Positions 1-12,373 of a stretch of DNA of 64,000 bases are shown in pieces. Both the position numbers and the translations under genes were made by a program. Origin of the DNA: Crocinitomicaceae bacterium (GTDB lineage: Bacteria; Bacteroidota; Bacteroidia; Flavobacteriales_D; Crocinitomicaceae). The notes below the pieces were generated by a model. That model saw nothing but the letters and a program-made list of their open reading frames with translations, did no database searches and was not told the origin of the DNA. Each line of letters opens with the position of its first letter. Within the stretch, counting starts at the first letter, position 1. The stretch is taken from NCBI GenBank assembly GCA_041392275.1, contig JAWKMK010000008.1, positions 18,327 through 82,326 of the forward strand. Reading direction: 5' to 3'.

Positions 1-1355
1 ATAACCTCGTTGATAATGACGGTAAACAAGACTTCATTGAAGCACGCGAATGCATGCCATCACCACTCCGTGCAATGTTGCCCACTCGTTGGAATGTGCA
101 AGCAACATAACCACCTCGCCAAAAAGTTGAAATTGCGAATCACATAATTGTAATCCACCGAAATGGAAGTAGTATTTTTCCTCTAAAATCAAATTGATTG
201 TAAGGTTCTACTGGTTTTACATAGGGTTTGTTGTACCCCCAATTCAATTGCTGCCGCACCAATGTGCAAGTTTTTATGATTGTAACGAAAGTTAGCTCCA
301 TAAATGATTTCGGTTAATGAGCCTTTTCTACTAATTTCAGAGTTAGTACGGTGAAAACCAGTTGTATTGATACTTGAAACGGTTTCTTCGGGTACAAAAA
401 AATCAGAATCATCGGTTGAAGACGTGTCAACTGTTGTGGTTGCACCATCTACCGTTTTTACAGAACCAAATAGGGTGAGTGAAAAATCTTTGTAGCCCAA
501 ATCAACCCTGTCTTCTGGAAATCGATTTTCATCCACCGAAGTATAGGGTTTTAATGGTATGGCGCTTTTCTTCGTGTTCACCACATCGGCTGTTTTACCA
601 AAAGCATATCCCGTCCACATGTTTAAACCCTGACCAATTTGTGTTTGAAAATCGCCAATGGCAACAGCACGCAAAGTATACTTTCCGCTTGTAAAAAGTA
701 TGTGCCGAATAAAAATCAAACTTTAGTTTTTGAGAACCTTTAAAAAATTGCTCGCCCGGATCTTTTTCACCGTTAAACCAATGCTGATGTTGGTTCGATA
801 CGGAATAACGAAAACGGGTATAATATTTATCGGGATTGCCGATATTACGAATTACTGGCTTTTAAAACAGAATCATTGGGTGCTTGATAGCCTTTTTGCT
901 TCTAAAACGCGTTGATAACGTGCATACCAATTTCAAATTTTCCTGCTTGATGGCTTTCTTTAAAATGAAATCGCAATTGGTCGGTGCGATCCTCCACCAC
1001 AAAAGGCAACACCAAATAAATGGTTTCCAAACTCCAAAAACTCCAAACTTTGCAACTCGTAGATGTTAATCAACTTGCCGAATTTTTGAGGTAAAAAACA
1101 ACAAATCATTGACTTGTATATCGGTGCCATACCGTAAAATTCAATTCTTCCAAATCTTCTTGGTACAGTTGTTTAAATTCAACGGCTATCATACCGAAAA
1201 TAAAGTGTTTGAATCACATCGGTCAAATCCAATTCTTCTGTTTCTAATTGTTCTGAAATAAACTCAATGCGTTGTTGCACAATACTTTCTTTGTCTTGCC
1301 CCCAAACAGAAAAGACACTAAAAAACATTATGAACGCAATGAATTTAATCCACAT
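1..1355 (-). CDS. Helix-hairpin-helix (ComEA-like) domain outer-membrane protein of Bacteroidota; multiply frameshifted, runs off the window edge
   Basis: ATG at 1355 gives MWIKFIAFIMFFSVFSVWGQDKESIVQQRIEFISEQLE (signal peptide), then a PLNLNNCTKEDLEEL HhH-type segment. ORF 189..719 (GDFQTQIGQGLNMWTGYAFGK...GFHRTNSEI) resembles the family's barrel region. Confidence 0.7.
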
Positions 1356-2172
1356 GTTGTTTTTTGTTTGCAGAATAAGTGATTGAAATGTTAGGCGACC
1401 AACCCAAGACGTTGTGGTAGGCAGAACCTATATCAAACGAAACCACTTTCCATTTGTATCCAAATCCAAACGTTATTTCTAACGGAGCACTTGCAACACC
1501 TGCGCGTATAAAGAAATTCTTAAACGGTTCGTATTCTACCGCACCTTTGATTTTAACTTTATCCACAATTGTTTTAGAGCCTTCTAATAAAAACAAGACT
1601 TTATTGGCTAATAAATAACTCATTCCCAACCTAAAATGCGTAGCAAAACGTTCATTTTGGTAAGAATTTAATTTCGTTGCTCCGACATTAAGAACACTAA
1701 AACCCAAACGCCAATTGTCGGTTAACAATGCTTGCAAGCCAATTTCACCCGTCACCGTGTTTTTATTGCCATAATTGGAATTCAATTGCAAACCTTGGTA
1801 ATTAATTTGCACACCTGCATAGAAACGTTTGGCCAATTTTAAGCTGTAACCAACTCCTACGCGTTGCGTTCGAAACAATTTATAGCCGTAAAATTGTCCA
1901 CCAACAGAAATAACACCATATTTTAAAGGGTGTGCATAAGCAATTCCTTGACTTTGAAATTCTTTAAGTAAAAAACGATTTTCGTAACTTATACCAACTG
2001 TTGGACTGGTTATTTCGCCTAAAGCACCAGGATTGTGATGATAGGCCCAAGCATCTACCAGCGTTACCGAAGCATTTGCCAAAGCGTTGGAGCGAGAACC
2101 AACAGGAACCCAACCTTGCGAAAATACGATAGATTGCAAAAGAAGCGTAGTAAACAGAAGTATAATTTTCAT
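1345..2172 (-). CDS. PorV/PorQ-like outer-membrane beta-barrel protein
   Basis: Signal peptide; GSRSNALANASV...HHNPGAL N-terminal motif; amphipathic beta-strands; directly upstream of the HhH gene. Confidence 0.6.
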   Translation of the reverse strand: MKIILLFTTLLLQSIVFSQGWVPVGSRSNALANASVTLVDAWAYHHNPGALGEITSPTVGISYENRFLLKEFQSQGIAYAHPLKYGVISVGGQFYGYKLFRTQRVGVGYSLKLAKRFYAGVQINYQGLQLNSNYGNKNTVTGEIGLQALLTDNWRLGFSVLNVGATKLNSYQNERFATHFRLGMSYLLANKVLFLLEGSKTIVDKVKIKGAVEYEPFKNFFIRAGVASAPLEITFGFGYKWKVVSFDIGSAYHNVLGWSPNISITYSANKKQHVD

Positions 2173-2339
2173 TTAGTTCTTTTCTATTTCTTACAAATCT
2201 ATAAAAAAAGCAATATCAACTTAACAAACGCTAAAGTTTATTTATTCTCATCAATTGTTTATAAGTCTGAAAAATAGTCGAAAAAACGATTTATTTATCA
2301 TTTTTTATTTTTATATATTTGGCAACTTTAATTTTAAAC

Positions 2340-4223
2340 ATGTTTCAAAAAGTAAAATACATTGTTTATTCATTGATGGTTGCGCCTTTTGTTTTAGCAT
2401 CTTGCACAACATCTGAAAATAATCAAACCAATCATAAAGTACATGTGGCACGAGTGGGCGACATACATTCGTATGCCAATTTGGATAAAATTAGAACCAA
2501 ACATTTGCATTTAGAACTCGATGTCAATTTTCCGAATAAAACTATTTATGGCATTGCTCGACACCAAATGGAGCGATTGAAAAAAACCGATACTGCCATT
2601 TTTGACATTAAATACCTGAATATCCAAAAAGTTACAACAGGAAAAGGCAATGAAAAAGATGCCGATTATGTGATTGGTGAAACCGATTCTATTTTAGGAG
2701 CCCCCTTGCTAGTTGCCATTGATTCTACTGTAGAATACATCAACATTTACTATAAAACACCCGAAAAAACGGAAGCATTGGATTGGTTGGATCCTGAATT
2801 GACAGAAGGAAAAAAACATCCTTTCTTATACTCGCAAGGCGAAAGTATTTTGACACGTACTTGGCTTCCTGTTCAAGATAGTCCTGAAAACAGAATTACC
2901 TATTCTGCGGATGTCAAAGTACCAAAAGAATATTTGGCCATCATGAGTGCCGAAAATCCACAAAAGAATAACAAAACTGGTTTGTATCATTTTGAAATGA
3001 AGCAACCTATACCTGCTTATTTAATTGCACTTGCTGTTGGTAACATAGAATTTAAAAGTATAGGCGAAAATTGTGGGGTGTATTCAGAACCTGAATTATT
3101 GGATGCTTGTGCCAATGAGATGGTGGATTTACCAAAAATGATTCAAGCCGCTGAAAATCAATTTGGAAAATACCAATGGGGACGATACGATGTGGTAGTT
3201 CTTCCCTATTCTTTTCCGTTTGGAGGAATGGAAAATCCACGTTTAACGTTTGCAAATCCAACGCTAATAACTGGTGATAGATCATTGGTAACAGTTATTG
3301 CACACGAATTAGCACATTCATGGTCGGGCAATTTGGTTACCAACGCTTCGTGGGAAGATTTTTGGTTAAACGAAGGGTTTACCGTTTATTTGGAAAACCG
3401 CATAATGGAGCAACTTTATGGAAAAGATGTTGCAGACATTCTAGCGGTGATTGAATACCAAGAATTACAACGTTCACTTAAAAAAACAGACGAAAAAGAC
3501 ACACATTTAAAGTTGAATTTAGAAAGTAGAAGTCCCGACGATGCAATGACGGATATTGCCTACATCAAAGGAGCATACTTCTTGCGCACTTTGGAACAAA
3601 CCTTTGGACGTCAAAAATTTGATAAATTCCTCAACAGTTACTTCAAACATTTTTCATTCAAAACGCTTACTACAGAAGATTTTGTAGCGTATTTAGAAGA
3701 AAATTTAATTCGCCCCAACAAAGTTGATTTTAATGTAGAAGAATGGATTTATAGCCCACAAATTCCTCAAAACTGTATTCAAATTACTTCAAAACGATTG
3801 AATAAAGTGAATTTATTGGCCGAAGAAGTTGGGAAAGGAAACATTAAAAAATTGAAAAAATTTCAGCTAAATACCCTCACAACCCAAGAATGGATGTCGT
3901 TTATTCGCAACTTACCAATGGAAGTGAGTGCTAAAACAATGAAACAAATTGACGAGCAATTGAATTTCAAAGGCTGCAATAATTCCGAAATCATGTGTGA
4001 GTGGTATTTATTAGCTATTAAACGAGGTTATACATTGGCGCAACCTAACATGGAAAAATTCTTACGTAAAACTGGACGTATGAAATACATCGAACCTATT
4101 TACGAGGAATTGTACCACAGTCGTTACTCTGGAGATAAAGATTTGGCACTAAAAATTTATGCAACGGCAAAAAGCAATTATCATCCGTTGGCTAGAATTG
4201 GCGTAGAATCGTTGATGAAATAA
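2340..4223 (+). CDS. M1 family aminopeptidase (leukotriene A4 hydrolase-like), probable lipoprotein
   Basis: GGMEN, HELAH-x18-E and YIKG motifs; LASC lipobox. The TTG at 2319 overlaps the TATATTTG promoter box, so ATG 2340 is preferred. Confidence 0.93.
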   Translation: MFQKVKYIVYSLMVAPFVLASCTTSENNQTNHKVHVARVGDIHSYANLDKIRTKHLHLELDVNFPNKTIYGIARHQMERLKKTDTAIFDIKYLNIQKVTTGKGNEKDADYVIGETDSILGAPLLVAIDSTVEYINIYYKTPEKTEALDWLDPELTEGKKHPFLYSQGESILTRTWLPVQDSPENRITYSADVKVPKEYLAIMSAENPQKNNKTGLYHFEMKQPIPAYLIALAVGNIEFKSIGENCGVYSEPELLDACANEMVDLPKMIQAAENQFGKYQWGRYDVVVLPYSFPFGGMENPRLTFANPTLITGDRSLVTVIAHELAHSWSGNLVTNASWEDFWLNEGFTVYLENRIMEQLYGKDVADILAVIEYQELQRSLKKTDEKDTHLKLNLESRSPDDAMTDIAYIKGAYFLRTLEQTFGRQKFDKFLNSYFKHFSFKTLTTEDFVAYLEENLIRPNKVDFNVEEWIYSPQIPQNCIQITSKRLNKVNLLAEEVGKGNIKKLKKFQLNTLTTQEWMSFIRNLPMEVSAKTMKQIDEQLNFKGCNNSEIMCEWYLLAIKRGYTLAQPNMEKFLRKTGRMKYIEPIYEELYHSRYSGDKDLALKIYATAKSNYHPLARIGVESLMK

Positions 4224-5356
4224 CTTTGAATTGCATCGCGTAAATTGTAACGTGAAGCCATTACTTCTCCGTAAGCTCCTGCTGTGCGAATTATTAATAA
4301 ATCACCTCGAGACAAAGCTGGCAACTCAATTTCTTTTGCAAAAGTATCCGAGCTTTCACAAATGGGTCCAACAATATCATACAACATCGTGCTATCGTTT
4401 GAAGAAGTCATTTTTTCAATCTTGTGATAAGCCTGGTATAGTGCAGGGCGAATCAACTCTGTCATTCCTGCATCCACAACGGCAAAACGTTTTTTTATTC
4501 CTGTTTTAACATATTGAACTTGCGTCACCAGACTACCGCATTGAGCCACTAATGCCCTACCAAGTTCAAAATGTACTTCTTGGTGTGGACGTATTTCTAA
4601 AAAGTTTTCAAAAATTGAAAAGTAAGTTTCAAAATCGGTAATGGGATGTTCGTCTGGATGTTTGTAATCAACACCCAATCCCCCACCAACATTGATCGTT
4701 TTAAGATAAACACCACGTTCTTCAAACCAACTGTTCCATTCATTCACTTTCACGCACAAACTTTTAAAAACATTCATTTCTAAAATTTGTGAACCGATGT
4801 GAAAATGAATTCCTTGCAATTCTAAAAACGGATTCATGCGAATAATGGAAACACATTCGGCCACATTGCTTGGTAAAATTCCAAATTTATTTTCGTCTAA
4901 ACCAGTTGTAATGTAATGATGCGTTTGTGCGTCAACATTGGGATTAATGCGCAGTGCAATGTGTGCTTTTTGTTGCATATCGGTAGCAATTTCACCAATA
5001 ACAATTAGCTCTTGAATTGATTCAACGTTGAATGCAAAAATAGCATGTTGCAAAGCAAAACGGATTTCTTTTTCAGTTTTACCGACTCCTGCAAACGTAA
5101 TATTTTCGGGAGCAACACCAATTTCGATGGCTTTTTTCACTTCGTTGCCACTCACACAATCGGCTCCAAAACCCATTTGATGCATTTTTCTCAAAATCAC
5201 GTCATTAAAATTGGCTTTATAGGCAAAATGAACGTGGTAATTGCGTTTGTCGGCTGCTTCTTTTGCTTGTTGCAATGTTTGCTGCAACAACGGGTCATAC
5301 AGATAAAAAGGTGTTTCAATTCCTTTTATTTGCTCAAGTGTTGTAGTGTCAAGCAT
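4181..5356 (-). CDS. lysA: Diaminopimelate decarboxylase
   Basis: AYKAN PLP lysine, HFHIGSQ, GPICESSD and GAYG motifs; follows lysC. Confidence 0.95.
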   Translation of the reverse strand: MLDTTTLEQIKGIETPFYLYDPLLQQTLQQAKEAADKRNYHVHFAYKANFNDVILRKMHQMGFGADCVSGNEVKKAIEIGVAPENITFAGVGKTEKEIRFALQHAIFAFNVESIQELIVIGEIATDMQQKAHIALRINPNVDAQTHHYITTGLDENKFGILPSNVAECVSIIRMNPFLELQGIHFHIGSQILEMNVFKSLCVKVNEWNSWFEERGVYLKTINVGGGLGVDYKHPDEHPITDFETYFSIFENFLEIRPHQEVHFELGRALVAQCGSLVTQVQYVKTGIKKRFAVVDAGMTELIRPALYQAYHKIEKMTSSNDSTMLYDIVGPICESSDTFAKEIELPALSRGDLLIIRTAGAYGEVMASRYNLRDAIQSYFINDSTPILANG

Positions 5357-5357
5357 A

Positions 5358-6667
5358 TTAAAACAAATGATTGTGAAGGATTGAAGTGCTCTGCTTTGTT
5401 TTTAGAATCCACTGTATGACACATTGTGATTGGAACCACCATAAGAAATCAGCATGGATAGGCAAATGTTTTATTCCTTCAAAAATTTGAGCAGCATAAC
5501 CCGTTGCATCCATTTCAAAAGTGCCAACAACACAAATAATCGTTTGATTTTCATCCACATTTACGGTTCCAAAATCGTTCAATTCACCAACAATTTCATT
5601 CAAAAAGCGTATTGTCAATAGTTAATGAAACAGCAACTTCTGAAGTGGTTATCATATCAATTGCGTTTTGTAACGTTCAAACACTTCAAAAACACGGCGC
5701 AAAAACCGTATGCCAGTAACATGCGTGAAGATTACGAAGTAACGGCAGTACGCCGTCTTTGCAGCAACAGAACGCACTCCAACAGCATTTGCATCACCAG
5801 TTTGACTGATTGAAGTTCTCTGCGATTGTGGTGACATTGTGTTTAATATACGAATGCAAGCATTGAATTTTTGAGCGAAAAAATATTTCTTGTGTGGATG
5901 CAAAATTTGTGCACCAAAATAAGCCAACTAAGCCGCTTCTTCAAACTCAAAAGGCACTGGGCGGGTATTTGTCACCATTGACGTGGATCATTGCCGTGCA
6001 TGCCATCAATATCCGTCCAAATTTGAACTTCTTCGGAAGCAATAGCAGCACCAATCAACGATGCGGTATAATCCGACAAACCTCCTTTGCAAAATTATCC
6101 ACTTCTCCAAATGCATTGCGGCAAATAAACTTGCGTAATGTAAAGAATAGGCTCATTCGTTGGATTGTTCAACAACGATTGTATATTTTCACGAATAAAA
6201 GCAATATCGGGTTCATTGTTTTCATCTGTTTTCATAAAATCCAATGCAGGTAACAAAACAGAACGCACGTTTAACTCTTCCAAGTAATAATGAAACAAAG
6301 CTGTTGACAACAATTCGCCTTGTGCTAATATTATTTTTTCTTCTACTGGAGTAAACAAATCGTTGGACAAAGAAATTATTGTATCAAAATGATAATCAAT
6401 TAACAAAATAGCTTTATCTAAAGTTTTAATTTCAAATAAATCATGGATTAGTTGGGTATAACTATCTTTTAATAGCTGAATTTTTCGATGTGCTTCTTCT
6501 CGCTTGTCTTGATACAAACAATCAGCAATTTCAACCAAGGCGTTTGTGGTACCAGCAACTGCTGACAATACAATAATTTTTGATTCGTCCGAACCAATTA
6601 TTGAGAGTAAATTTTTTATACGTTGAGCAGATCCAACCGATGTGCCACCAAATTTTAATACTTTCAT
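5358..6667 (-). CDS. lysC: Aspartate kinase (frameshifted in this sequence, probably artefact)
   Basis: [13 protein letters not shown]-terminus (6095..6667), [10 protein letters not shown] fragment and ACT-domain fragment (5358..5618). Confidence 0.9.
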
Positions 6668-6758
6668 TTTAAAAATTTAGGAGCACAAAAATAAATTTAA
6701 AATTTAAAAATAAAACATATTGTTATTAATTTAACTTCTTGTTATTATAACAACAATA

Positions 6759-6799
6759 AATACAAAAGCACATTATTTTTAGTAATGTGCTTTTGTATT
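6759..6799. terminator. 17-bp perfect inverted repeat downstream of thyA-folA; probable terminator
   Basis: aatacaaaagcacatta-tttttag-taatgtgcttttgtatt. Confidence 0.6.
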
Positions 6800-6904
6800 G
6801 AATATGAAACCTTAAAACAATTGTAAAAAGTAAGATAATTAACAAAAACTAAAATCTAATTACTCACATGACGACAATTGATAGGAAATAGTTGGCTGTT
6901 AATT

Positions 6905-7411
6905 CTATTTTTTAGTGTATTTAACAATTGTAAAATCAGCAATATGTTTTTCATCCTGGCTGTGCTTCAACGCCACCTCTTGCTCCCATTGGTTTTTATC
7001 AAAATTAGGGAAAAACACGTCGCAGTCAAATTGGTAATTGATGTGCGTAATAAACATTTCTGAAACTTGATTGGATTCAAGTGCTTGTTTAAAAATTTCA
7101 CCACCACCGATGATGTACACTATTCGTTCAGTTTCTTCTTTGTAATGTTCAAAACAAGCTTCAAGCGAATTGAATACCAAACAATTAGGTGCCGTAAAAT
7201 TAGAATTTCTTGACAAAATAACGTTTTCACGATTGGGTAGCGGGCGAAAACGTTCTGGAATGGATTCGTAATTTTTTCTTCCCATCACCACAATATGATT
7301 GGTTGTGGTGGTTTTGAAAAATTTCATATCATCAGGCATGTGCCAAGGCAAATCGTTGTTTTTACCTATTCCACCTTGTTTGTCAACGGCAACAATTAAA
7401 GCTACTTTCAT
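6905..7411 (-). CDS. folA: Dihydrofolate reductase
   Basis: GIGKNNDLPW, MGRKNYESI, RPLPNRENVILS and IIGGGEIF motifs; follows thyA. Confidence 0.95.
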   Translation of the reverse strand: MKVALIVAVDKQGGIGKNNDLPWHMPDDMKFFKTTTTNHIVVMGRKNYESIPERFRPLPNRENVILSRNSNFTAPNCLVFNSLEACFEHYKEETERIVYIIGGGEIFKQALESNQVSEMFITHINYQFDCDVFFPNFDKNQWEQEVALKHSQDEKHIADFTIVKYTKK

Positions 7412-7415
7412 ATTT

Positions 7416-8210
7416 TTATACAGCAACTTCTGCTTTGATGTGTGGATGTGGATCGTAATTTACCAATTCAAAATCTTCAAACTTGAAGGCAAAAATATCT
7501 TTCACAGCTGGATTAATTTTCATGGTTGGCAATGGGCGCAACTCACGCGACAACTGCAATTTTGCTTGTTCGATATGGTTAGAATACAAGTGTGCATCAC
7601 CCAAAGTGTGTACAAAATCACCAGGTTGTAAATCGCAAACTTGTGCAATCATCATGGTTAATAATGCATACGAAGCAATGTTAAACGGCACTCCTAAAAA
7701 CGTATCAGCACTGCGCTGGTACAACTGACAGCTTAATTTTCCTTCTGCCACATAAAATTGAAACAAAGTATGACAAGGAGGCAACGCCATGTTATCCACA
7801 TCAGCTACGTTCCACGCAGAAACAATTAAACGACGAGAATCTGGATTTTTTTTGATTTGCTCGATCAATTTTGAAATTTGATCAATAGTTTCGCCATTTT
7901 TTCCTGGCCAACTTCTCCACTGATGACCGTAAACTGGACCAAGATTTCCATTTTCATCCGCCCATTCGTCCCAAATACTCACACCATTATCTTTCAAATA
8001 CTTGATATTAGTATCACCTTGCAAAAACCACAACAATTCATGAATAATGGAGCGCAAATGCACTTTTTTAGTGGTAACAACTGGAAAACCTTGCGATAAA
8101 TCATAACGCGATTGGTGCCCAAATACAGAAATAGTTCCCGTACCTGTTCTGTCTTCTTTTTTAACTCCGTTATCCAAAATGTGTTGGAGCAATTCGTGGT
8201 ATTGTTTCAT
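7416..8210 (-). CDS. thyA: Thymidylate synthase
   Basis: DRTGTGT, ALPPCH and [14 protein letters not shown] motifs. Confidence 0.98.
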   Translation of the reverse strand: MKQYHELLQHILDNGVKKEDRTGTGTISVFGHQSRYDLSQGFPVVTTKKVHLRSIIHELLWFLQGDTNIKYLKDNGVSIWDEWADENGNLGPVYGHQWRSWPGKNGETIDQISKLIEQIKKNPDSRRLIVSAWNVADVDNMALPPCHTLFQFYVAEGKLSCQLYQRSADTFLGVPFNIASYALLTMMIAQVCDLQPGDFVHTLGDAHLYSNHIEQAKLQLSRELRPLPTMKINPAVKDIFAFKFEDFELVNYDPHPHIKAEVAV

Positions 8211-8361
8211 GTTAAATTAGCTTGTTGTTGTTTGCTATACAAAAATAGAAAGAATACAAGTGCATTTGAAAATAAGTTATCACGATTTATTAACGGTTGT
8301 TTATTAATTGAATTTCATGCATTTTTTTAATCCATATTTAGAAAAAAATTAATTTTGAACC

Positions 8362-9113
<752 letters not shown>

Positions 9114-9134
9114 TTATTTAATTTTAGAAAAAAA

Positions 9135-10028
9135 ATGCCATTCGATACCAGTAAATCCATCATTCAAACACTTTCCATCGAAGAATTTGACAAACGTGGA
9201 ATTCAACTTTTGGTAAAACGTGACGATTTGATTCACCCAGAAGTGTCGGGCAATAAATGGCGAAAGCTAAAATATACTATTGAACATTTTAAGCAATCGA
9301 AGTGCTCACGTATCCTAACATTTGGAGGTGCATATTCTAACCATCTTTTGGCTACAGCAAGTGCTTGCAATGAACTCAATATCCCATCCATAGGCGTTGT
9401 TCGTGGTGATGAACACACTCCGCATTCCAACTATGTGCTGTCGCGCTGCAAAGAATTGGGCATGTTTCTTTATTTTGTTTCGCGAGAAGAATATGCAATG
9501 CGTTACATGACCGAATACCACCAAGAATTGCACAATCTTTTTCCCAACACCTATATTGTCAATGAAGGAGGAGCTAGCTACTACGGAATGATAGGTTGTC
9601 AAGAAATTATTGGTGAATTACCCCCGTTTGATCACCTATTTGTTTCGCAAGGAACCAGTACCACAAGTTGCGGATTGTTGTTAGGACTTTCGGGCCAGCA
9701 GTTGCACGTTGTTCCTTCTATCAAAAATTACGATTCAAAAGGAGAAATGAAAGCATTGCTTTTAAAATCAACTATTAACGATGATTTAATTGAAGAATTA
9801 CTTCAAACAATTGAGGTGCATGGAGATTATCATTTTGGAGGATATGCTAAACAAACTCCTGCTCTTTTTGATTTTATTGATTCTTGCGAAAAAAACTTAC
9901 AACTCCCTCTGGATAAAATATATACAGCCAAAGCATTTTATGGAATGCTGGAAGAATTAAGAAAATCGGATAAATACGACAATTCAACGGTTGTGTTTTT
10001 ACACACTGGCGGACTTTACAAAGGTTAA
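9135..10028 (+). CDS. ACC deaminase / D-cysteine desulfhydrase family PLP enzyme
   Basis: KRDDL, SGNKWRKL, FGGAYSNH, YTAK and HTGG motifs. Confidence 0.92.
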   Translation: MPFDTSKSIIQTLSIEEFDKRGIQLLVKRDDLIHPEVSGNKWRKLKYTIEHFKQSKCSRILTFGGAYSNHLLATASACNELNIPSIGVVRGDEHTPHSNYVLSRCKELGMFLYFVSREEYAMRYMTEYHQELHNLFPNTYIVNEGGASYYGMIGCQEIIGELPPFDHLFVSQGTSTTSCGLLLGLSGQQLHVVPSIKNYDSKGEMKALLLKSTINDDLIEELLQTIEVHGDYHFGGYAKQTPALFDFIDSCEKNLQLPLDKIYTAKAFYGMLEELRKSDKYDNSTVVFLHTGGLYKG

Positions 10029-10969
10029 ACCGTAAATCCTTCCAATGAATTTCCTGCCAAATAAGCTTTAAAATCCATTCTGCGCTTACCTTCTGGTTGC
10101 AATTCGGTTACCAACACATAATAATTATTGCAAGGAAACAAAATTCCATCTTTAGAACTTAAAATTTGCTTTGACTGATTAGTTTTTTCTGTTGTAAGTT
10201 GGCTAGCAAATAGTTTAAAAGTTCGTTGTTCTCCCCCATTGATTAGCGTGCACCAAGCAGCAGGATAAGGCGATAAACCGCGAATAAAATCCTGTACTTT
10301 TTTAGCCGATTGATTGAAATTTACCTTGCAATCATCTTTAAATATTTTTGGTGCAATTTTTAATTCTCCTTCAATGAATTCAATTTGAGGAATACCTTGT
10401 ACATCTCCTTTTGCAATTTTTTGGACAGTAGACAGGGTTGTTTCTGCACCCAAAGCCATTAGTCTATCGTGTAACTCACCCACTGTTTCGTTGTCACCAA
10501 TTGCAGTTGTTGTGCGTTCAATGATTTTCCCTGTATCTATTTCTTTTTCAATAAAAAACGTTGTCACCCCGGTTTCTTTTTCGCCATTTATCACTGCCCA
10601 GTTGATAGGCGCAGCACCTCTGTAATGCGGCAATATACTTGCGTGTAGATTAATTGTTCCTTTAGGTGGCATCGACCACACCACTTCTGGCAACATGCGG
10701 AATGCTACCACCACAAACAAATCGGCATGTAAGTTTTTGAGTTCTGCCAAAAATTGTTCGTCTTTTAAATTTGTTGGTTGCAACACAGGCAATTGTTTGC
10801 TAACTGCATATTGCTTCACTGCACTTTCGTTCATTTTCAATCCTCTACCAGCAGGTTTATCTGGCGAGGTAATAACTGCAACAATATTTGCTTGATTTTC
10901 AACTAATTTATTGAGGATGGTTACCGCAAATTCAGGGGTTCCCATAAAAACAATTCGCATATCTTTCAT
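10025..10969 (-). CDS. fmt: Methionyl-tRNA formyltransferase
   Basis: VFMGTPEFA, PDKPAGRG and NLHASILPHYRGAAPINW motifs. Confidence 0.97.
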   Translation of the reverse strand: MKDMRIVFMGTPEFAVTILNKLVENQANIVAVITSPDKPAGRGLKMNESAVKQYAVSKQLPVLQPTNLKDEQFLAELKNLHADLFVVVAFRMLPEVVWSMPPKGTINLHASILPHYRGAAPINWAVINGEKETGVTTFFIEKEIDTGKIIERTTTAIGDNETVGELHDRLMALGAETTLSTVQKIAKGDVQGIPQIEFIEGELKIAPKIFKDDCKVNFNQSAKKVQDFIRGLSPYPAAWCTLINGGEQRTFKLFASQLTTEKTNQSKQILSSKDGILFPCNNYYVLVTELQPEGKRRMDFKAYLAGNSLEGFTV

Positions 10970-11029
10970 GGTGCAAAGATAATGGGATTAATGCTTTTGT
11001 AGTTGAATGTTTAGTTTTTGTTTTAAAAT

Positions 11030-12373
11030 TTAATCAACCCTCAAAACTTCTTTTTTCCAATTTACCAATTTTAAATAGGTGATTGATAGAATACCCATTG
11101 AAATATAGTAAATGTACTCAACTGTCCAAATGTATTTTACATCCAGTCTCATTAGTTTAATGAATACATAAGCCGATGCAATGTACAGAAATACAGCTAT
11201 AGACTCAACAATAAAAGTGATATGGGTTTTACCCAAACCATTAATTGTATGAAAAAACACACTGAAATAAGCAAAAATAAACATGGATAAACTGATGTAC
11301 CGTAATGTTTCAGCGCTTTTTGGAACATAGGCATATTCGGGATTAATCCATGAAATCACTGTTTCTGGATAAAAAATCCCTCCATGAAAAATTATGAACA
11401 TGAAGAGTAAGAGTAACAATTGAATTCTTCTTCTAACAACAATAATATCACGCACACGTTTTGCTCCCGAATATTGAGAAACATAGGTTTTTGTGGCTGC
11501 GGCAAATCCCCAAACTGGTACAAATGCTAAGAAATACACCGTTCGAATATTTTGTGAAACCGTTAACTCAAATTTCCCCATTTGTTCAATCCAAATGAAA
11601 AAGATAGCCCAAGTTAGCAACGACACTGAGCCTTGAAACACAATGGGAATAGACATTCTAAAAATTTCAACTAAGGTTGATTTCACCAATTTAAAATTTT
11701 CAAATATTTTCTGACGAATGTGTTCTTTTGACAAGAAAAAGTAGCTAACTAAAAATACAGCATCCACTCCATCCGAAACAACTGCTGCCCAAGCCGAACC
11801 TTCAATTCCCATTTCTGGAAATCCCCAGTTCCCAAAAATCAAACAATAGTCTAAAATAATATTGCTTATTGCAGTTAAAATAGCTCCAACAAAAGGCACC
11901 CATGATTTTCCAAAAGCAAAATAATAAGCTTGCAAGGGCAATAAAATCATAGCAAAAAACAGCCCATAGACACGAATGGTAATAAAATCTATTTGAGCTA
12001 AAGCAATTTCAGCATGTTTTGCATATCCCAAGATTAAATCAGGTAAAAACAACTGCGCAAAAGCAACCAAAAGTGAAACGATAATCGTTAGCACCAAAAT
12101 AGAGGTTAATAACAACCGACCAATATCGGAGGTATTGCGTTTACCTATTTTGTTGGAAATTAATATCTGAGTTCCATCACTTATACCTACCACAAAAATG
12201 TGCATGGTAATGAATATCAAACCAGCATTACCTACAGCTGCAAAGGCATCGGTTGAATATCGACTTAAAAATGCAGAGGCTGTTAACAAAACAATTGACT
12301 GCACAAAAGAAGCTCCCATCATTGGAAGTGCAACCGAAAGTATTGTTTTGTAATTAAGCGAAAGTAATCCCAA
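11030..12373 (-). CDS. MATE family efflux transporter
   Basis: About 12 TM segments; NIILDYCLIFGNWGFPEMGIEGSAWA MATE motif. Confidence 0.9.
   Translation of the reverse strand: MGLLSLNYKTILSVALPMMGASFVQSIVLLTASAFLSRYSTDAFAAVGNAGLIFITMHIFVVGISDGTQILISNKIGKRNTSDIGRLLLTSILVLTIIVSLLVAFAQLFLPDLILGYAKHAEIALAQIDFITIRVYGLFFAMILLPLQAYYFAFGKSWVPFVGAILTAISNIILDYCLIFGNWGFPEMGIEGSAWAAVVSDGVDAVFLVSYFFLSKEHIRQKIFENFKLVKSTLVEIFRMSIPIVFQGSVSLLTWAIFFIWIEQMGKFELTVSQNIRTVYFLAFVPVWGFAAATKTYVSQYSGAKRVRDIIVVRRRIQLLLLLFMFIIFHGGIFYPETVISWINPEYAYVPKSAETLRYISLSMFIFAYFSVFFHTINGLGKTHITFIVESIAVFLYIASAYVFIKLMRLDVKYIWTVEYIYYISMGILSITYLKLVNWKKEVLRVD

Noticed and set aside
5358-6667. Pseudogenisation or programmed frameshifting of lysC and many others (HhH gene, hppD, hmgA, DUF5687, RND permeases, DUF58, barrel, recQ)
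   Set aside because: The breaks are 1-2 nt indels, often in homopolymers, clustered in blocks while adjacent genes are intact, and they hit conserved core genes. This fits long-read consensus error. There is no consistent slippery site. Read polishing would confirm.
6668-6904. Lysine riboswitch or attenuator upstream of lysC
   Set aside because: A TATTTTTG box at 6686..6693 leaves a leader of only ~15 nt. The hairpin lies upstream of it and fits a thyA-folA terminator.
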